Shown here: piece after piece, positions 28,250-41,640 of the stretch
Layout of the letters: each line of letters opens with the position of its first letter
Position numbering within the stretch: position 1 is the stretch's first letter
Origin: Octopus vulgaris
Taxonomy: Eukaryota
DNA length: 64,000 nucleotides
Reading direction: 5' to 3'
NCBI GenBank assembly: GCA_951406725.2
Contig: OX597837.1
Location: forward strand, 46,934,001-46,998,000
Notes under the pieces: generated by a model
The model's database searches: none
Told to the model about the DNA's origin: nothing
The model's input: the letters and a program-made list of their open reading frames with translations, nothing else
Made by a program: the position numbers and the translations under genes

Positions 28250-29774
28250 CTAGAAGAAATACCCTGCATTGCCTGGGTGAAAGAAAATAAAGAAATTTAA
28301 AAATGCCGTCTAAATTACGCAGGTCTCAACTGCCAGTAGCTGAGATACCAACTGTCTACATGAATAACTGTCCAACCGATGCCAGCATAGAACATAGGAT
28401 CTGTGTGTTTCTGAAATCCTCATCAGTGTGCTGTCTCTGAGATGGAGGACAATGTCACGCTTGTCATGTTTCTTGTCCAACCAGAAGCACAGCTATTTTC
28501 ATTTGCTGTTGGCGCATTAAACCTCCCTCCATGTTGACCAGATGGTTTCTTGTCTGACCTGATAACTACTTTGTAATCCATGGAGTCAGGTGGAATTATT
28601 TCAAGCGCAGTCTTGAAGCTTCTGATCAGGTTGTTGTTGTTGTTATGCAGCATCTTTTGCAGAGACACTTCAATGTTTATCCTGATGTCGTAAATAATCC
28701 TGCACCTCTCTTGCCCTTCTTATTGAGAATCACCCATAATGTGTATTTAAAGGAATTTTGGTGATTCCTTTGACAGAGGTAGTAGAGAGCCAATCTGACC
28801 TCGGATCTTGAAAGTTCACATGAATTTTGGCTCAGTTATATCTTTTGTAGCTCCAGATGACGTCATCTGTATTTCAGCGTTGTATTGTCTAATTTTTGTT
28901 TTGGAATCTTGGTCAGTTGATGACAACAGTTTCTTCAATGGCTGTGGAGGTTGGGGGATTGCAGGGAGTTTAACCTTTCCACCACTGCAGCACAGTGCAG
29001 GTGTCTCTCCAGGCCAATTCCTTGCTTTACAACGTATGCACTTAGTTGTCATTACACCATTGGAAACTCTAGTGTCATCTGCATAAATGAACTGCTGGAT
29101 CATAATTGAAAGCTGCTTCATAGAAGTTGCTTCTCTGAGCTGTTGCAACTGCTCTTCGTTCTGCTGTGGAGATCCTATTCCTTGTCAGCCATGCATACCT
29201 CTGTTCATCACTTTGAAATGCTCTGGCTTTTGTAGTGCACGGTCTGTTCGTTTCTTGGTATGCTTCTCTTTCTGCAACTGTCTCTCTTTCCCTGGACAGA
29301 GACATTCTTTTGGCTGACCTTGACATTGTAGACAAATTTGACACTTTCCTTCTAGGCATGGTTATACACGTATACAGAAATACACGGGTGAAGTTGATAG
29401 TAAACAATGAAAATAACGTGGTAACGGAAATTATGTTTCTTAACACAACGGGCTAAAAGTAAATAAGGAATTTTTTACGGAAAATAAAGAATTGTACGGG
29501 TTGAAGCAGAATTTGTCACTCAGTGAACCGAAGAGCCAGTATCGAAGGAACCAGAAAAAACCGTCAACAACAGAAAAACAAAACCGTAGCAAAAGTAAAT
29601 AAGAAATTTTTAGGCGTAGGAGTGGCTGTGTGGTAAGTAGCTTGCTTATCAACCATATGGTTCTAGGTTCAGTCCCACTGCGTGGCACCTTGGGCAAGTG
29701 TCTTCTACTATAGCCTCGGGCCAACCAAAGCTTTGTGAGTGGATTTGGTAGACGGAAACTGAAAGAAGCCCGTC

Positions 29775-29833
<59 letters not shown>

Positions 29834-30250
29834 TGTGTGTGTGTGTGTGTTTATGTGTCTGTGTTTGTCCCTCTAACATCGCTTGACAACCGATGCTGGT
29901 GTGTTTACGTCCCCGTAACTTAGCGATTCGGCAAAAGAGACCGATAGAATAAGAACTAGGCTTACAAAGAATAAGTCCTGGGGTCAAAACAAAAAAAAAA
30001 CAACAAAAACTAAAAAACTTTGCAAAAGTAAATAAGAAATTGAAGTGAAAATTATGAAGTTACTTCTGTTAGTAAATTATGAAATTACTTTCATCAGTAA
30101 TTGTGAACTTCTTTCTGTCAGTTATTTGTCGTTATTTGTAAATAGCGATTGAAAACTTGCAGTGAAAACAATAATGATTGAACTTAAAGTGAAACAATGG
30201 CGTCTGAAAATTTGAGTGAAAACAATAACGTCTGAAAAATAAAAGTGAGA
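28250..30250 (-). mobile_element. Internally deleted Helitron with Rep/Hel N-terminal remnants, inside the Norrin intron
   Basis: Frameshifted MPRRKVSNL...AAFNYDP, CIRCKARNWPGETPALCCSGGKVKLP...IRQYNAEIQMTS and YKVVIRSDKKPSGQHGGRFNAPTANE. The 3' end is ACCCAGGCAATGCAGGGTATTTCTTCTAG|T at 28250. The 5' boundary is approximate. Confidence 0.85.
29613..29985 (+). mobile_element. SINE family A nested in the Helitron
   Basis: GGCGTAGGAGTGGCTGTGTGGTAAGTAGCTTGCTT...GGTTCAGTCCCACTGCGTGGCACC...(TA)n...GAATAAGTCCTGGGGTC. Confidence 0.9.
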
Positions 30251-30703
30251 TATAGAGAGAGGGAGAGAGAGAGAGGGGGGGCTAGCTAGTTAGACAGACA
30301 AATACGACAGGTATACATAGATATAGATAAATAAGATATAGGCAGATACAGAGAGATCGATAAAGATAGAGAGAGAGATGGATTGAGAGATAGAGATAGA
30401 GAGATGTAGATAAAGAGATATACTGATATACAGAGATGTATAGATAAATTTGTGTGAGTGCGATATGTCCCGTGTTTATAAGCCAGCAGTAACTTGCCGT
30501 TTACTGTACTAAAACCGAAAGTAATATCAGGTCTAGAAATTATTGTATATAGGTATGTATGTACGTATGTATGAGTGACGAAAAGGTGATCGTAGTTATC
30601 CACAATAAGAACTCAGAGTTAAAGAGAGTCGGATGCTTGGCTTTTATTGCCTTCTTACAAAATACCCAGATATTACGGCTCTCGTTTGCTTTCAAAAATA
30701 CAC

Positions 30704-30785
<82 letters not shown>

Positions 30786-31277
30786 ATCTGCATTGAAACT
30801 CTACAAGATTGAACAGAAGCTGTGCAAATGTGTAACCAAATACACTGGCACATGTAGATACGTGTCTGGGGTCGTCCTTGGGTCTCTGAAGAAAGTTTCA
30901 AATATAGAATGGAAACCCGGGTCAGGTCATTCACTTTTTTCTGTCCGTTGAGAAATACGCCATATAGAAAGAAACACACACACACACACAAACTCATACA
31001 GGCGCGTACACATATATACATACATACGTACATACACACACACGCACATACATACATTCATACATACATACATACATACGTACAACAAAACAAACAAATC
31101 TAGCGTCAAATACTGCACATATACACACACATACAAACAAAAATACCCGTTGATGTTTTTGAAATTCCAATGAAGGAGCGTTGAATCTAGGTTAAAAACC
31201 AGTTCTTTCTCTCTTAGCGAGAAATCTTGAAATAAAACTGAATAACCACATACATACATATATACATAGATATGTAC

Positions 31278-31319
<42 letters not shown>

Positions 31320-31663
31320 TACACACAGTGAGGAGGAGTGAGAGGGGGGCAGCGAAAGGCGGGGAGAATCTATTTGAATGCAAGCCAGGACAGTAATGGG
31401 GGAAACTACTAAGGACTAAATGGTGCTGAAAATGTGTTCTCGTCTTCATACAACTATGTCTTTCTCCTCAGAATATTTTTTCATCTCTCTCTCTCTCTCA
31501 CTCTCTTTCTCTGCAGATGTGCGTGTGTGTGTGTGTGTGTGTGTGTGCGTCTGTGTTTATGTTGTGTGTGTGTGTGTGTGCATGTGTGTGCGTATGTGTG
31601 TTAAGGTCAACTTTATTCTCATATATAGTTCCATAGTCAGGTTTAATCAGTAAATATTTGATT

Positions 31664-31732
<69 letters not shown>

Positions 31733-32824
31733 AAGCATAATGTCAGAAGGTGTTAGAGATGAAGATAAATTTTAGTCATATAATTTCCATATGATTACAG
31801 CCGTTTCGCAACCTTCTTCATGTAGTACTAATTTCAGTATGCAAGAAATTATATGTATATGTGTACATTAATATGTATCCCATGATTCTCTGAATCCGTG
31901 TTTTATACTATATTTTAATACTTCATTTACAATTGTTTCATGATATTTCAATATAATCAATCCAGCATGATGCAGTAACCACTTCAACAATTATTGACTA
32001 GTTTCTACGTGCTTTGTGGGATTTTTTAGAATACATGTTCAGCATGATTCCTGAGAATTCTGGAACAAATAACATGCTTATAGTATTTATTACTTCAGAT
32101 CGATTATACTGAATTATGACGAAACAACTGTAAATGAATTATTAAAATCATTTGCTAACTTCATTTTTTGATACTCGTCATTGTGTATACTCTATGCATA
32201 TCTGATTGACGATATCTGTGAAAGTGTTTCATGTGATAAACATCAAGGTTATATGCTCTAACTCATTTACTACACACACACACACATGTATGTGTGTATA
32301 TATATATATATTTATGAATATATAAATATAAATATAAATAGGTAGATAAACAGATATGAATATACATGTATATTTATGAATATATGTACATATGAGTAGC
32401 TTCTAAGCTGAAGTGAAGACAGCATATTCTTTGTCTATCTCCTTACCTTCTTGGAGGTTTTAGGTAAAATTATACTAATGTGTCCATCTATTATAATTCA
32501 ATTTAATTCTATGTTTTTATGCAGCTGAGGATTGCTCTGTATTTAAATTGATGTAATAATTGCATTGTTCAATTAAATGGAGTCGCTTGAAACGATTGTA
32601 CCGCATTACCTCTGGATATCCTGTTGCTTATTTTGATTTTAATCACCTTACTTTGAAATTGTATGGTTAATACCGTACTGAATTCTGGTGCCTTAGCTTA
32701 AGTGTCTAAATTCCGTCGATACTTCGATAAATTAGGTTTTAACTTAATCTAGCTGTAATCTATTATTTTTTGATTTACCATTTGAGTAATTTTGTCAATT
32801 GACCAAATAATTAAGATTACTAAC

Positions 32825-32974
32825 CTTGTATTCACAGTCTTTGTAGGGGTGCCGGACGACTTCAACAAAATAATGTCTCATACACCGGTTTTGTCTTCGG
32901 GCTACTGTGATTTGAAGACAGGTGAGAAGTGTCAGCGTCATAATGCTCATCTGATACCATGCAGGTAAATGCAT
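32825..32974 (-). CDS. NDP: Norrin-like gene, first coding exon (50 aa; signal peptide plus N-terminal mature region)
   Basis: ATG at 32974. Encodes MHLPAWYQMSIMTLTLLTCLQITVARRQNRCMRHYFVEVVRHPYKDCEYK, then the donor AAG|gttagt (phase 0). Matches human [22 protein letters not shown]. Preceded by a polypyrimidine tract and AG (32981-32987). Absent from the ORF track. Confidence 0.93.
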
Positions 32975-33185
32975 CGCACTCTGGACTGTCAGAAAAAGGG
33001 TCGAGAAAAGAAAGAAAAAAACCTAATCAATTCGATTCTTAGTTTAAATATATGAAAAACAAGTAGAAGTAACTTCTATGGGCCATTTTATTATAGAACT
33101 GGAAGAAGGATTAGACCCAACATTAACAAAAACGCTAGCGAACTGAAACAAAAATTTAAACAATAAAAGTAGCAACAACAACAAC

Positions 33186-33233
<48 letters not shown>

Positions 33234-33247
33234 TTATAATAATAATG

Positions 33248-33300
<53 letters not shown>

Positions 33301-33301
33301 T

Positions 33302-33333
<32 letters not shown>

Positions 33334-33677
33334 ATTATAATAATAATAGATGCAGTACCAATGCCCTGATGCAGTACCAGGCAGTGGCTCTCATGGCTTC
33401 TGATCTTAATTGATTGGAAGTGTTATCATGTACATTGTTTTGTCTTGGTATAAAAGATGGGCTACAGCAAATATTCTGCTCAAAACCACAGATTTGCTTG
33501 TCAGTTGTTTGACCTTAACCAGTTGAGCATGTCCCTTAGTGGCTGACAATATGTGCATCTCTGATCACGAGCAGAAGTAGTTGGAGAGCATCATAGCCAT
33601 GTGTTGAGAGGAGTTCTTTGGGGTTTGAATAATTTACTCAGATGGCATGAACTGCTCTCTCAATCAATAATAATAAT

Positions 33678-33893
33678 AATCCTTTCTACCATAGGCACAA
33701 GGCCTGAAAATTTGGGGGAGGGGACAAATCCATTACATCGACCCCAGTGTTTCACTGGTTTTTATTCCATGGACCCCGAAAGGATGAAAGGCAAAGTCGA
33801 GCTCGGCGGAATTTGAACTCAGAACGTAGCGGCAGACGAAATGCCGATAAGCAATATGCCCAGCGTGGTAACGATTCTGCCAGCTCATCGCCT
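33678..33893 (-). mobile_element. SINE family B variant
   Basis: CGACCCCAG...CCCCGAAAGGATGAAAGGCAAAGTCGA..CGGCGGAATTTGAACTCAGAACGTAGCGGCAGACGAAAT. Confidence 0.8.
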
Positions 33894-34881
33894 CCACCAA
33901 TAATAATAATCAATGACTCGTGGAACCAGTGAATAATTCACGGAATTAATGGTAAACCTTTTGGGTTATTTCTGAAAACTCTATCCAAAATCCTGAAAGC
34001 GTAACCTGTCTTGTGTCTGTATCAAAAGACAGTCGCTCATCTACTATTCATTGAAAAGTGAAGGAAATTGGAATATAATGATTACCTAATGCACTTTATA
34101 TACTTTATGCACAATTTTATAAACTTAATACACAGCACTCATAAAATAAATATTCACTCTTATTTTCCCACTTTCCCCATAAACAACAAGAACAAAAAAA
34201 AAATATCTCATACTTATAATACAACTTTTAGTTAAATTACGTATATCTGCCGCGTAAATAAGCGTGAATACTTCACGGATTTGCACTTATGTGATGGGTG
34301 ATATAAAAAACTTAGTTGAATTCAAAAAGTACACTTTTTCTATCCAATCACTTCTTTAAGACAGTAAAACTTAATTTGAGTGATACTTAGCTGTTATTTC
34401 TTGTAAATTGAGCGGTTGCTTAGCGATATCTCTCGCTGTCTCATTAAAATGTTATTTTCTAACACAGAAACCGAAATTGAGCGATGGGTGAGCCAGCCAC
34501 CAGGAAGGTAAATATCTTTATATCAACCACCCAGGTGTAATGTGACCCACTAGAATGGTAAACTACCCTTCCCAGAACCTTCCAGATGCAAACCGAAGAT
34601 CTCCTTTGGAAGATAAGAAAAACTATTTCAACGATAACCAACCACCCAAACAACCACCCAACCAGCAAACTACAAGCTCACCCACCCAGCTACCCAGGTA
34701 GAGGTATGATAAGGAAAAATAAAGAAAAAAGAGCAACCGTTATGAAAGGTTTCTATATATCGCAAGTCTCTGATGATCGTCCTATATGCTTCATGTGTAT
34801 ATACGATGTGTATGTGTGTATTGTATGTGTGTGTGTGTGTATACATACATACATACATACATACATACATACATACATACA

Positions 34882-34959
<78 letters not shown>

Positions 34960-35007
34960 CATATATATATATAATATATATATATATACATATATATAAT
35001 ATATACT

Positions 35008-35039
<32 letters not shown>

Positions 35040-35102
35040 TATATATATATACACATATATATATACATATATATACTAATATATATATATATACATATAT
35101 AA

Positions 35103-35157
<55 letters not shown>

Positions 35158-35340
35158 ATGCACAATTATATAAAAATATATACATAAATTTATATATTTA
35201 TAAATACTCATATAGTCCTATGTCTCATATACATTATCCCATACACACATAAATGTAAAATCGTACATGCTGACATACTATTGTCCTACATGCATATGTA
35301 CACGTCTACTGGTGTGTGTGTATATATATATATATATATA

Positions 35341-35500
35341 ATACAAAATGGGACAAGAGCGCAAAGCATCCGGACAACTAGGTGATACAAAAAGGGACAG
35401 CATCCAGACAGACGATACAAAAAAAAAAACAAGGTCAGGTAATTCGAAGCTTCCTATCCTCAGTCAACAACCGGATCATCCTCGCAATTTCGGCTGATTA

Positions 35501-35505
<5 letters not shown>
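35341..35505. repeat. Single arm of the repeat that forms the 38361-38657 fold-back
   Basis: ATACAAAATGGGACAAGAGCGCAAAGCATCCGGACAACTAGGTGATACAAAA...GCAATTTCGGCTGATTAATC. Confidence 0.8.
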
Positions 35506-35560
<55 letters not shown>

Positions 35561-35954
35561 TGTGTACGTATTACATATATACGCTTGTACACATACATAG
35601 TCGTACGTACGTACATACATACATACATACTTATATGTATGACATTTTTGCAGACGATCTGAAAGTATATACCAACGACATGAATTATATGAAGAGTCTC
35701 CACATTCCCAGGATCCTTTTCTTCTGTTCTTAAATCCCTGTCTGACAGGCAGAGGAATGGACTCTCCTCTCAACCAAAATGATCGTTGTGGCTACCGCTG
35801 AAAGACGGACTTTGGTGATGATATTATTCCATGCTTTCCGATCCATGGTGCTGGCCTTAGCATGCTTGACATTGAGGCGCTGCGACTGCAGGTTTTAATC
35901 AGTTTGTTTTGCCCATGTCTTCTTTGGTGTGCTGGGTTCCCACGATAAATGTCC

Positions 35955-36870
35955 CTTCATCATAAGCAGTTGTCCGAAAATGTCATCACGATATATCTAC
36001 CGATGAGACATGGCGTTGTAACTAGGACACTCTATAATGAAATCCGTCGGAAGGATAATCTCCCGGACAAAGAAATAAGAACCCATAATAAAAAAAAAAC
36101 CATAATATGGTAGAAGCCATAATAAAAAGGAATAATAAAAAGGAATATTGGTGGAATGCACCAGTGAAGACCCCCAATAAAATGAAAGCACAACAGACCT
36201 GATATAATGATTTGGGATAGAGAAGAGAAACTGTGCACAGTTGTGGAAATTAGCTGCTGAGCGGATGTTAACATAAAACTGAAGATCAGTGAAAAAGAGA
36301 ACACCTATGATGAACTATTGAGAAATCAGCAGTTACTCTATCCAGATTACAAGTTCAGGTTTATACCTGTAATTATTGTGACCCTGGGATATGTAACACA
36401 CTGCATAAATACCAATCTTGAGAAAATAGGCTTCTCAAAAGCCAGAAAGGAGAAAGCTAATTTGAAGAGTAAAGAGCCAATCCATTATTGCAACTGTAAA
36501 AATCTGTAAAACTTTCCAAAAGTTTATCATTTAAATATATATGAACATGTCTAGATATGCAACCACATGCATGAGAATACATATATAAAACATACAAATC
36601 TGCACATACATACATACATACATACATACATACATACATACATACATACATACATACATACATACACATACATACATACATACATACATACATACATACA
36701 CACACATACACATACATATATACATACATATATACATACGAACAAACAAAAATACCCTGTTGTTGATGTTGAAATTCCAATGAAGGAGCCTTGGATCTAG
36801 GTTAGAAACCAGTTCTTTGTCTATTGACAAGAAATCTTGTAATAAACTGAATGATGACATACATACATTC
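35955..36870 (+). mobile_element. R4/Dong-clade LINE 3' end (restriction-like endonuclease plus 3' UTR with TACA repeats)
   Basis: KEYWWN...HNRPDIMIWDREEKLCTVVEISC*AD...EKENTYDELLRN...FIPVII (PD..D/E..K RLE motif). The 3' UTR is also found at about 31130-31255. Confidence 0.8.
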
Positions 36871-37508
36871 ATTAAAGAAATTCTTGCAACCTCAGTATCT
36901 GAAGTAATGATGAAATGTTACCAGAACGGAGAGCAAGCGCGGATCTCGAAACCTCATCATGCAGGGCAAACATCAGAATCTGCTGAACGACTTTCGGAAA
37001 CTATGGATGCTGGTTCGTGCCTCCAGAGTTTCTTTTAATTCAACCCTCACTGACACCGACTCATAAACACGAATCACACTCGCGATATACTCTCCTATAC
37101 ACCAACACCCCATGTTGTGAAGTTGTTGGCTTCTCAAACATTAATTGTTGTATGTGTATTTCCATAGATCTAAGTAAAATATATAGAGAGGGGGGGGGGG
37201 GAGAGAAGGGGGAAAGGGGAGAAAAGGTCAGAGAAAGGAAGGTGGAGATAAAAGGTAAGGTTTTAGCTGCAGAGTTATGAGTACGAGAATTATAGAGAAA
37301 TAGATGGATAGAAAGAGAGATAGGCAGGCAGATAGAATGATAGATAAATAGATAGATTGTTAGATGTAAATGTAATAAGCATATACATACAAAGGATGCA
37401 TAGACACATACACATACATAGATATGTATATATATACGCATACACACACATATACGTACATATAGATATAAATACTTGTATTTATACATATATATGTATA
37501 TACATATA

Positions 37509-37561
<53 letters not shown>

Positions 37562-37607
37562 TGCATATATGTGTATATATATATGTGTGCGCGTGTGTGT
37601 ATGTATA

Positions 37608-37661
<54 letters not shown>

Positions 37662-37771
37662 TGTATATATATGCATGTATATATATATATTATATATAAT
37701 TTGAAGGTGTAAGAAAAAAGAAAAATTACATATTAATAACATCAAATGCAATAAATGCATTAAAGCTGATA

Positions 37772-37845
<74 letters not shown>

Positions 37846-37993
37846 AAACCACGTTTCATGCGGCGTAAGGCCGCCAACATAAGGTAGATGAGATGGAGTT
37901 ACGCTTGAAACCATCTGTGACGTGATGTAGTCTACTTCACCTATCCCAAAAAACAAACTTTTCTTAGATGTGTGTATGTGTGTATGTGTATGT

Positions 37994-38049
<56 letters not shown>

Positions 38050-38226
38050 GTGTGTGTGTGCATTCTGGGATATTACAGTTTTCAACGATCTTCTCTCTGT
38101 CACCTGGGATTTAGATAAAAGAACAGTAAAATATCTTTCTGGATTTCAAAGCCTTGGGATTATTGGAATATAAAAAAATAACTGTTTCATATAAAATATA
38201 CATACATACATACATACATACATACA

Positions 38227-38262
<36 letters not shown>

Positions 38263-38272
38263 TATATGCATA

Positions 38273-38320
<48 letters not shown>

Positions 38321-38360
38321 AGAGAACAAAGTGTACGTACGCCGCTATATATATATAAAA

Positions 38361-38650
38361 TAAAATACAAAATGGGACAAGAACGCAAAACATCCGGACA
38401 ACTAGGTGATACAAAAAACACGGACGGATCATTCGAAGCCTTTTATCTTCAGTCAAGAACGCAATTTCGGTTGCTTAATCAGTCAAGATTAATCAGCTGA
38501 AATTGCGAGGATGATCCAGTTCTTGACTGAGGATAAAAGGCTTTGAATGACCCGTCCGTGTTTTTCTTTTGTATCGTCTATCTGGATGTTTTGTTGTCCC
38601 TTTTTGTATCACCTAACTGTCCGGATGTTTTGCGTTCTTGTCCCATTTTG

Positions 38651-38657
<7 letters not shown>
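38361..38657. repeat. Fold-back inverted repeat
   Basis: AAAATACAAAATGGGACAAGAACGCAAAACATCCGGACA... versus ...TGTCCGGATGTTTTGCGTTCTTGTCCCATTTTGTATTTT; centre near 38480. Confidence 0.9.
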
Positions 38658-38712
<55 letters not shown>

Positions 38713-38733
38713 CATGTATATATGTTGATATAC

Positions 38734-38780
<47 letters not shown>

Positions 38781-38831
38781 TGTATACATATATATACATA
38801 AATATATATATGTATATATATATATATGTGT

Positions 38832-38873
<42 letters not shown>

Positions 38874-38924
38874 GATTATATAGTTATGCATATATATGGG
38901 ATATATATACACATATATATATAT

Positions 38925-39062
38925 ATGGTAGTTTCCATCTACCAAATCCATTCACAAAGCTTTGTCTTCGGTCGGTCAGAGGCTATTGTAGAAGACTCTT
39001 GGCCAAGATGCCGCACAGAACCCTTTGGTTGGGAAGTAAGCTTCTTACCACGCAGCCAGCCA
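38925..39062 (-). mobile_element. SINE family A fragment
   Basis: GTTTCCATCTACCAAATCCATTCACAAAGC...GTAGAAGAC..TTACCACGCAGCCA. Confidence 0.7.
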
Positions 39063-39403
39063 TTAGAAAACATCTGTCTTTCCGAAAGTCATGAGGAAAG
39101 GAAACCGGTGGGGGAAAACTCGTGTAGGTATGGCCATGACAAATCAGTTGTCTTATTGAGCGTTACAGTAGTCTGTTGCAGCAGTATGTGCAATTTCTTA
39201 CTGAGGTCAAGGGTTCAATGAGGTCTGGCCTTCTCTATCATCCATTTACAATCAGCTTTATTTCGAAGCTTTGATCTCATCACTCAGAACTGAAACTGCC
39301 GAACAATCAGACGTGATGTTGTGTCTGTAAATCTCAAGTCAAACTTTTAATACAGACCTAGAAACTCAACCGCACACACGCACGCACAGAGATACATATA
39401 CAT

Positions 39404-39434
<31 letters not shown>

Positions 39435-39522
39435 CCGTATGTGCATGTGTGTGTATGTGTGTGTGTGTGTTTGTGTGTACACATACACATATATAAATCT
39501 ATACTTAGATATAAACGTATTC

Positions 39523-39555
<33 letters not shown>

Positions 39556-39598
39556 TATATATGCATATATATATATACATATATACATATATGTTCAT

Positions 39599-39638
<40 letters not shown>

Positions 39639-39693
39639 GCACACATGCATAAATATGTTCATATATCCACATATATGTATTAATACATTCATA

Positions 39694-39737
<44 letters not shown>

Positions 39738-39805
39738 TTATATATGTACTAAATACATACATATACATCTGTACTGAAAACACACATATATATGTGTATA
39801 TGAAA

Positions 39806-39891
<86 letters not shown>

Positions 39892-39896
39892 GTATG

Positions 39897-40012
<116 letters not shown>

Positions 40013-40224
40013 GAATCTCTTCCTCCACCATCCTTTTATCCTGGTGGCCCCAGTTATAATCTAGATGCAGAGTTTTTGATATATTGCTGATGTTCTTTGA
40101 AGTTCAAGGTTTCTAATATCACAAGGGGTCTCTGTCTGTGCCGCTTGCGTCCGAAAGGCGATACGTTCCAGACTGGTGTGGTTTAAGAATTATTTTTTAA
40201 TTTTTTTTATTATTACGATGCAAC

Positions 40225-40225
<1 letters not shown>

Positions 40226-40286
<61 letters not shown>

Positions 40287-40407
40287 AGAGATATCTTTTT
40301 TAACAACTTCAACACCACTGACAACAGCAACAAGAGTATCAAGAATGTCAACAACAATAATGGTAACATAACCATCATCATCATCATCATCATCATCACA
40401 ATCATCG

Positions 40408-40443
<36 letters not shown>

Positions 40444-40700
40444 ACATCATCACATCATCATTACCATCATCATCGTCATCGTCATCGTCGTCGTCGTCGT
40501 CGTCGTCTTCATCATCATCATCATTGTCAACATCATAGTCATCATCACCATCATCATTACCATCATTATCGTCGTCGTTGTCGCCGTCATCGTCGTCATC
40601 ATCGTCGTCATCACCATCATTATTATCATCACCATCACCATCATTATCGTCATCAACAACATCATTAACAACAACATCAACACTAACAATAGTCACTAGT
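40226..40700. repeat. (CTG)n tract followed by degenerate (CAT/CGT)n
   Basis: Read directly; source of the poly-Q/C/D ORFs. Confidence 0.95.
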
Positions 40701-40920
40701 AACTTAGCCGCATAACTAAAGCATGCAACCAGTGACTACACACAACCAATATCACCACCACTACTGCCACCACCACTACACCTTTACTGCTACTACAACT
40801 GTAACCACCACTACTTATACCACCACTAATACCATAAGCAGCAGCATTTTCAATGTTATTTCTGCCGATGCTGCCACCTAGGTGGTACCAATACCGCCAC
40901 ACATTAACCATTATTATCCA

Positions 40921-40967
<47 letters not shown>

Positions 40968-41169
40968 TTTCACCAACTCAATTTCACTCACAAGTTATGG
41001 CTTAACCTAAAGTTACACAAAATGACACTTGAGCAAAAGGCCACACAATGGGATTGAACACGGACCATCGAGGTTGTGAAACGAACTTTTTAAACGTTTG
41101 GTCGCCCAACGGCGCACACTCACATACACACACAAAAAATGCTGTCGTTATTTTATTTACATACATGCA

Positions 41170-41305
<136 letters not shown>

Positions 41306-41439
41306 TGTATGTATATATATATGTATGTATATATATATGTATGTATATATATATGTATGTATATATATATATGTATATATATATATATGTATATATATAT
41401 ATACATATAAATTTGACACGAGCGATTCTTTCTTGTCTT

Positions 41440-41640
41440 GGGATTCAGGGTCAAACGGCTGGGTAGAATTGCGCGACAAATTACACAGATGTGAAGAATG
41501 CAAAACTAGCAACTCCTACGGTCTCCCAAAAATTCACAAGAACCAAGAAAAAGTTCCTGTAAAGAATCAACTTCAAGTTGTATAACCATACAACATCCCA
41601 AGAATCATACTAGTGACCAAGCGTCTTCGACAACAATGTT
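41440..41640 (+). mobile_element. Penelope-like RT remnant
   Basis: [17 protein letters not shown] matches the PLE RT motif FYGLPKIHK. Confidence 0.6.

Noticed and set aside
27527-32974. Alternative identity as bursicon, glycoprotein-hormone subunit or DAN-family cystine knot
   Set aside because: The specific matches RCMRH, HP, LLxRCxGHC, SRxxPLxxFS, PF, KAxRLxC and ATYRYI, plus the intron position, fit Norrin much better.
36776-36828. Hammerhead-like AUGAAGG-stem-GAAAC in the Dong-like 3' UTR (also at about 31165)
   Set aside because: The core deviates at several invariant positions and there is no clean stem I.
38520-38560. CUGA(A/G)GA...GAA...GUC as a hammerhead in the fold-back arms (similar sequence at about 49143-49172)
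   Set aside because: The GAAA/stem III/stem I pairing could not be built convincingly.
40226-40286. Poly-Q coding exon from the (CAG)n tract
   Set aside because: Embedded in other trinucleotide repeats, with no splice-supported non-repetitive coding context.
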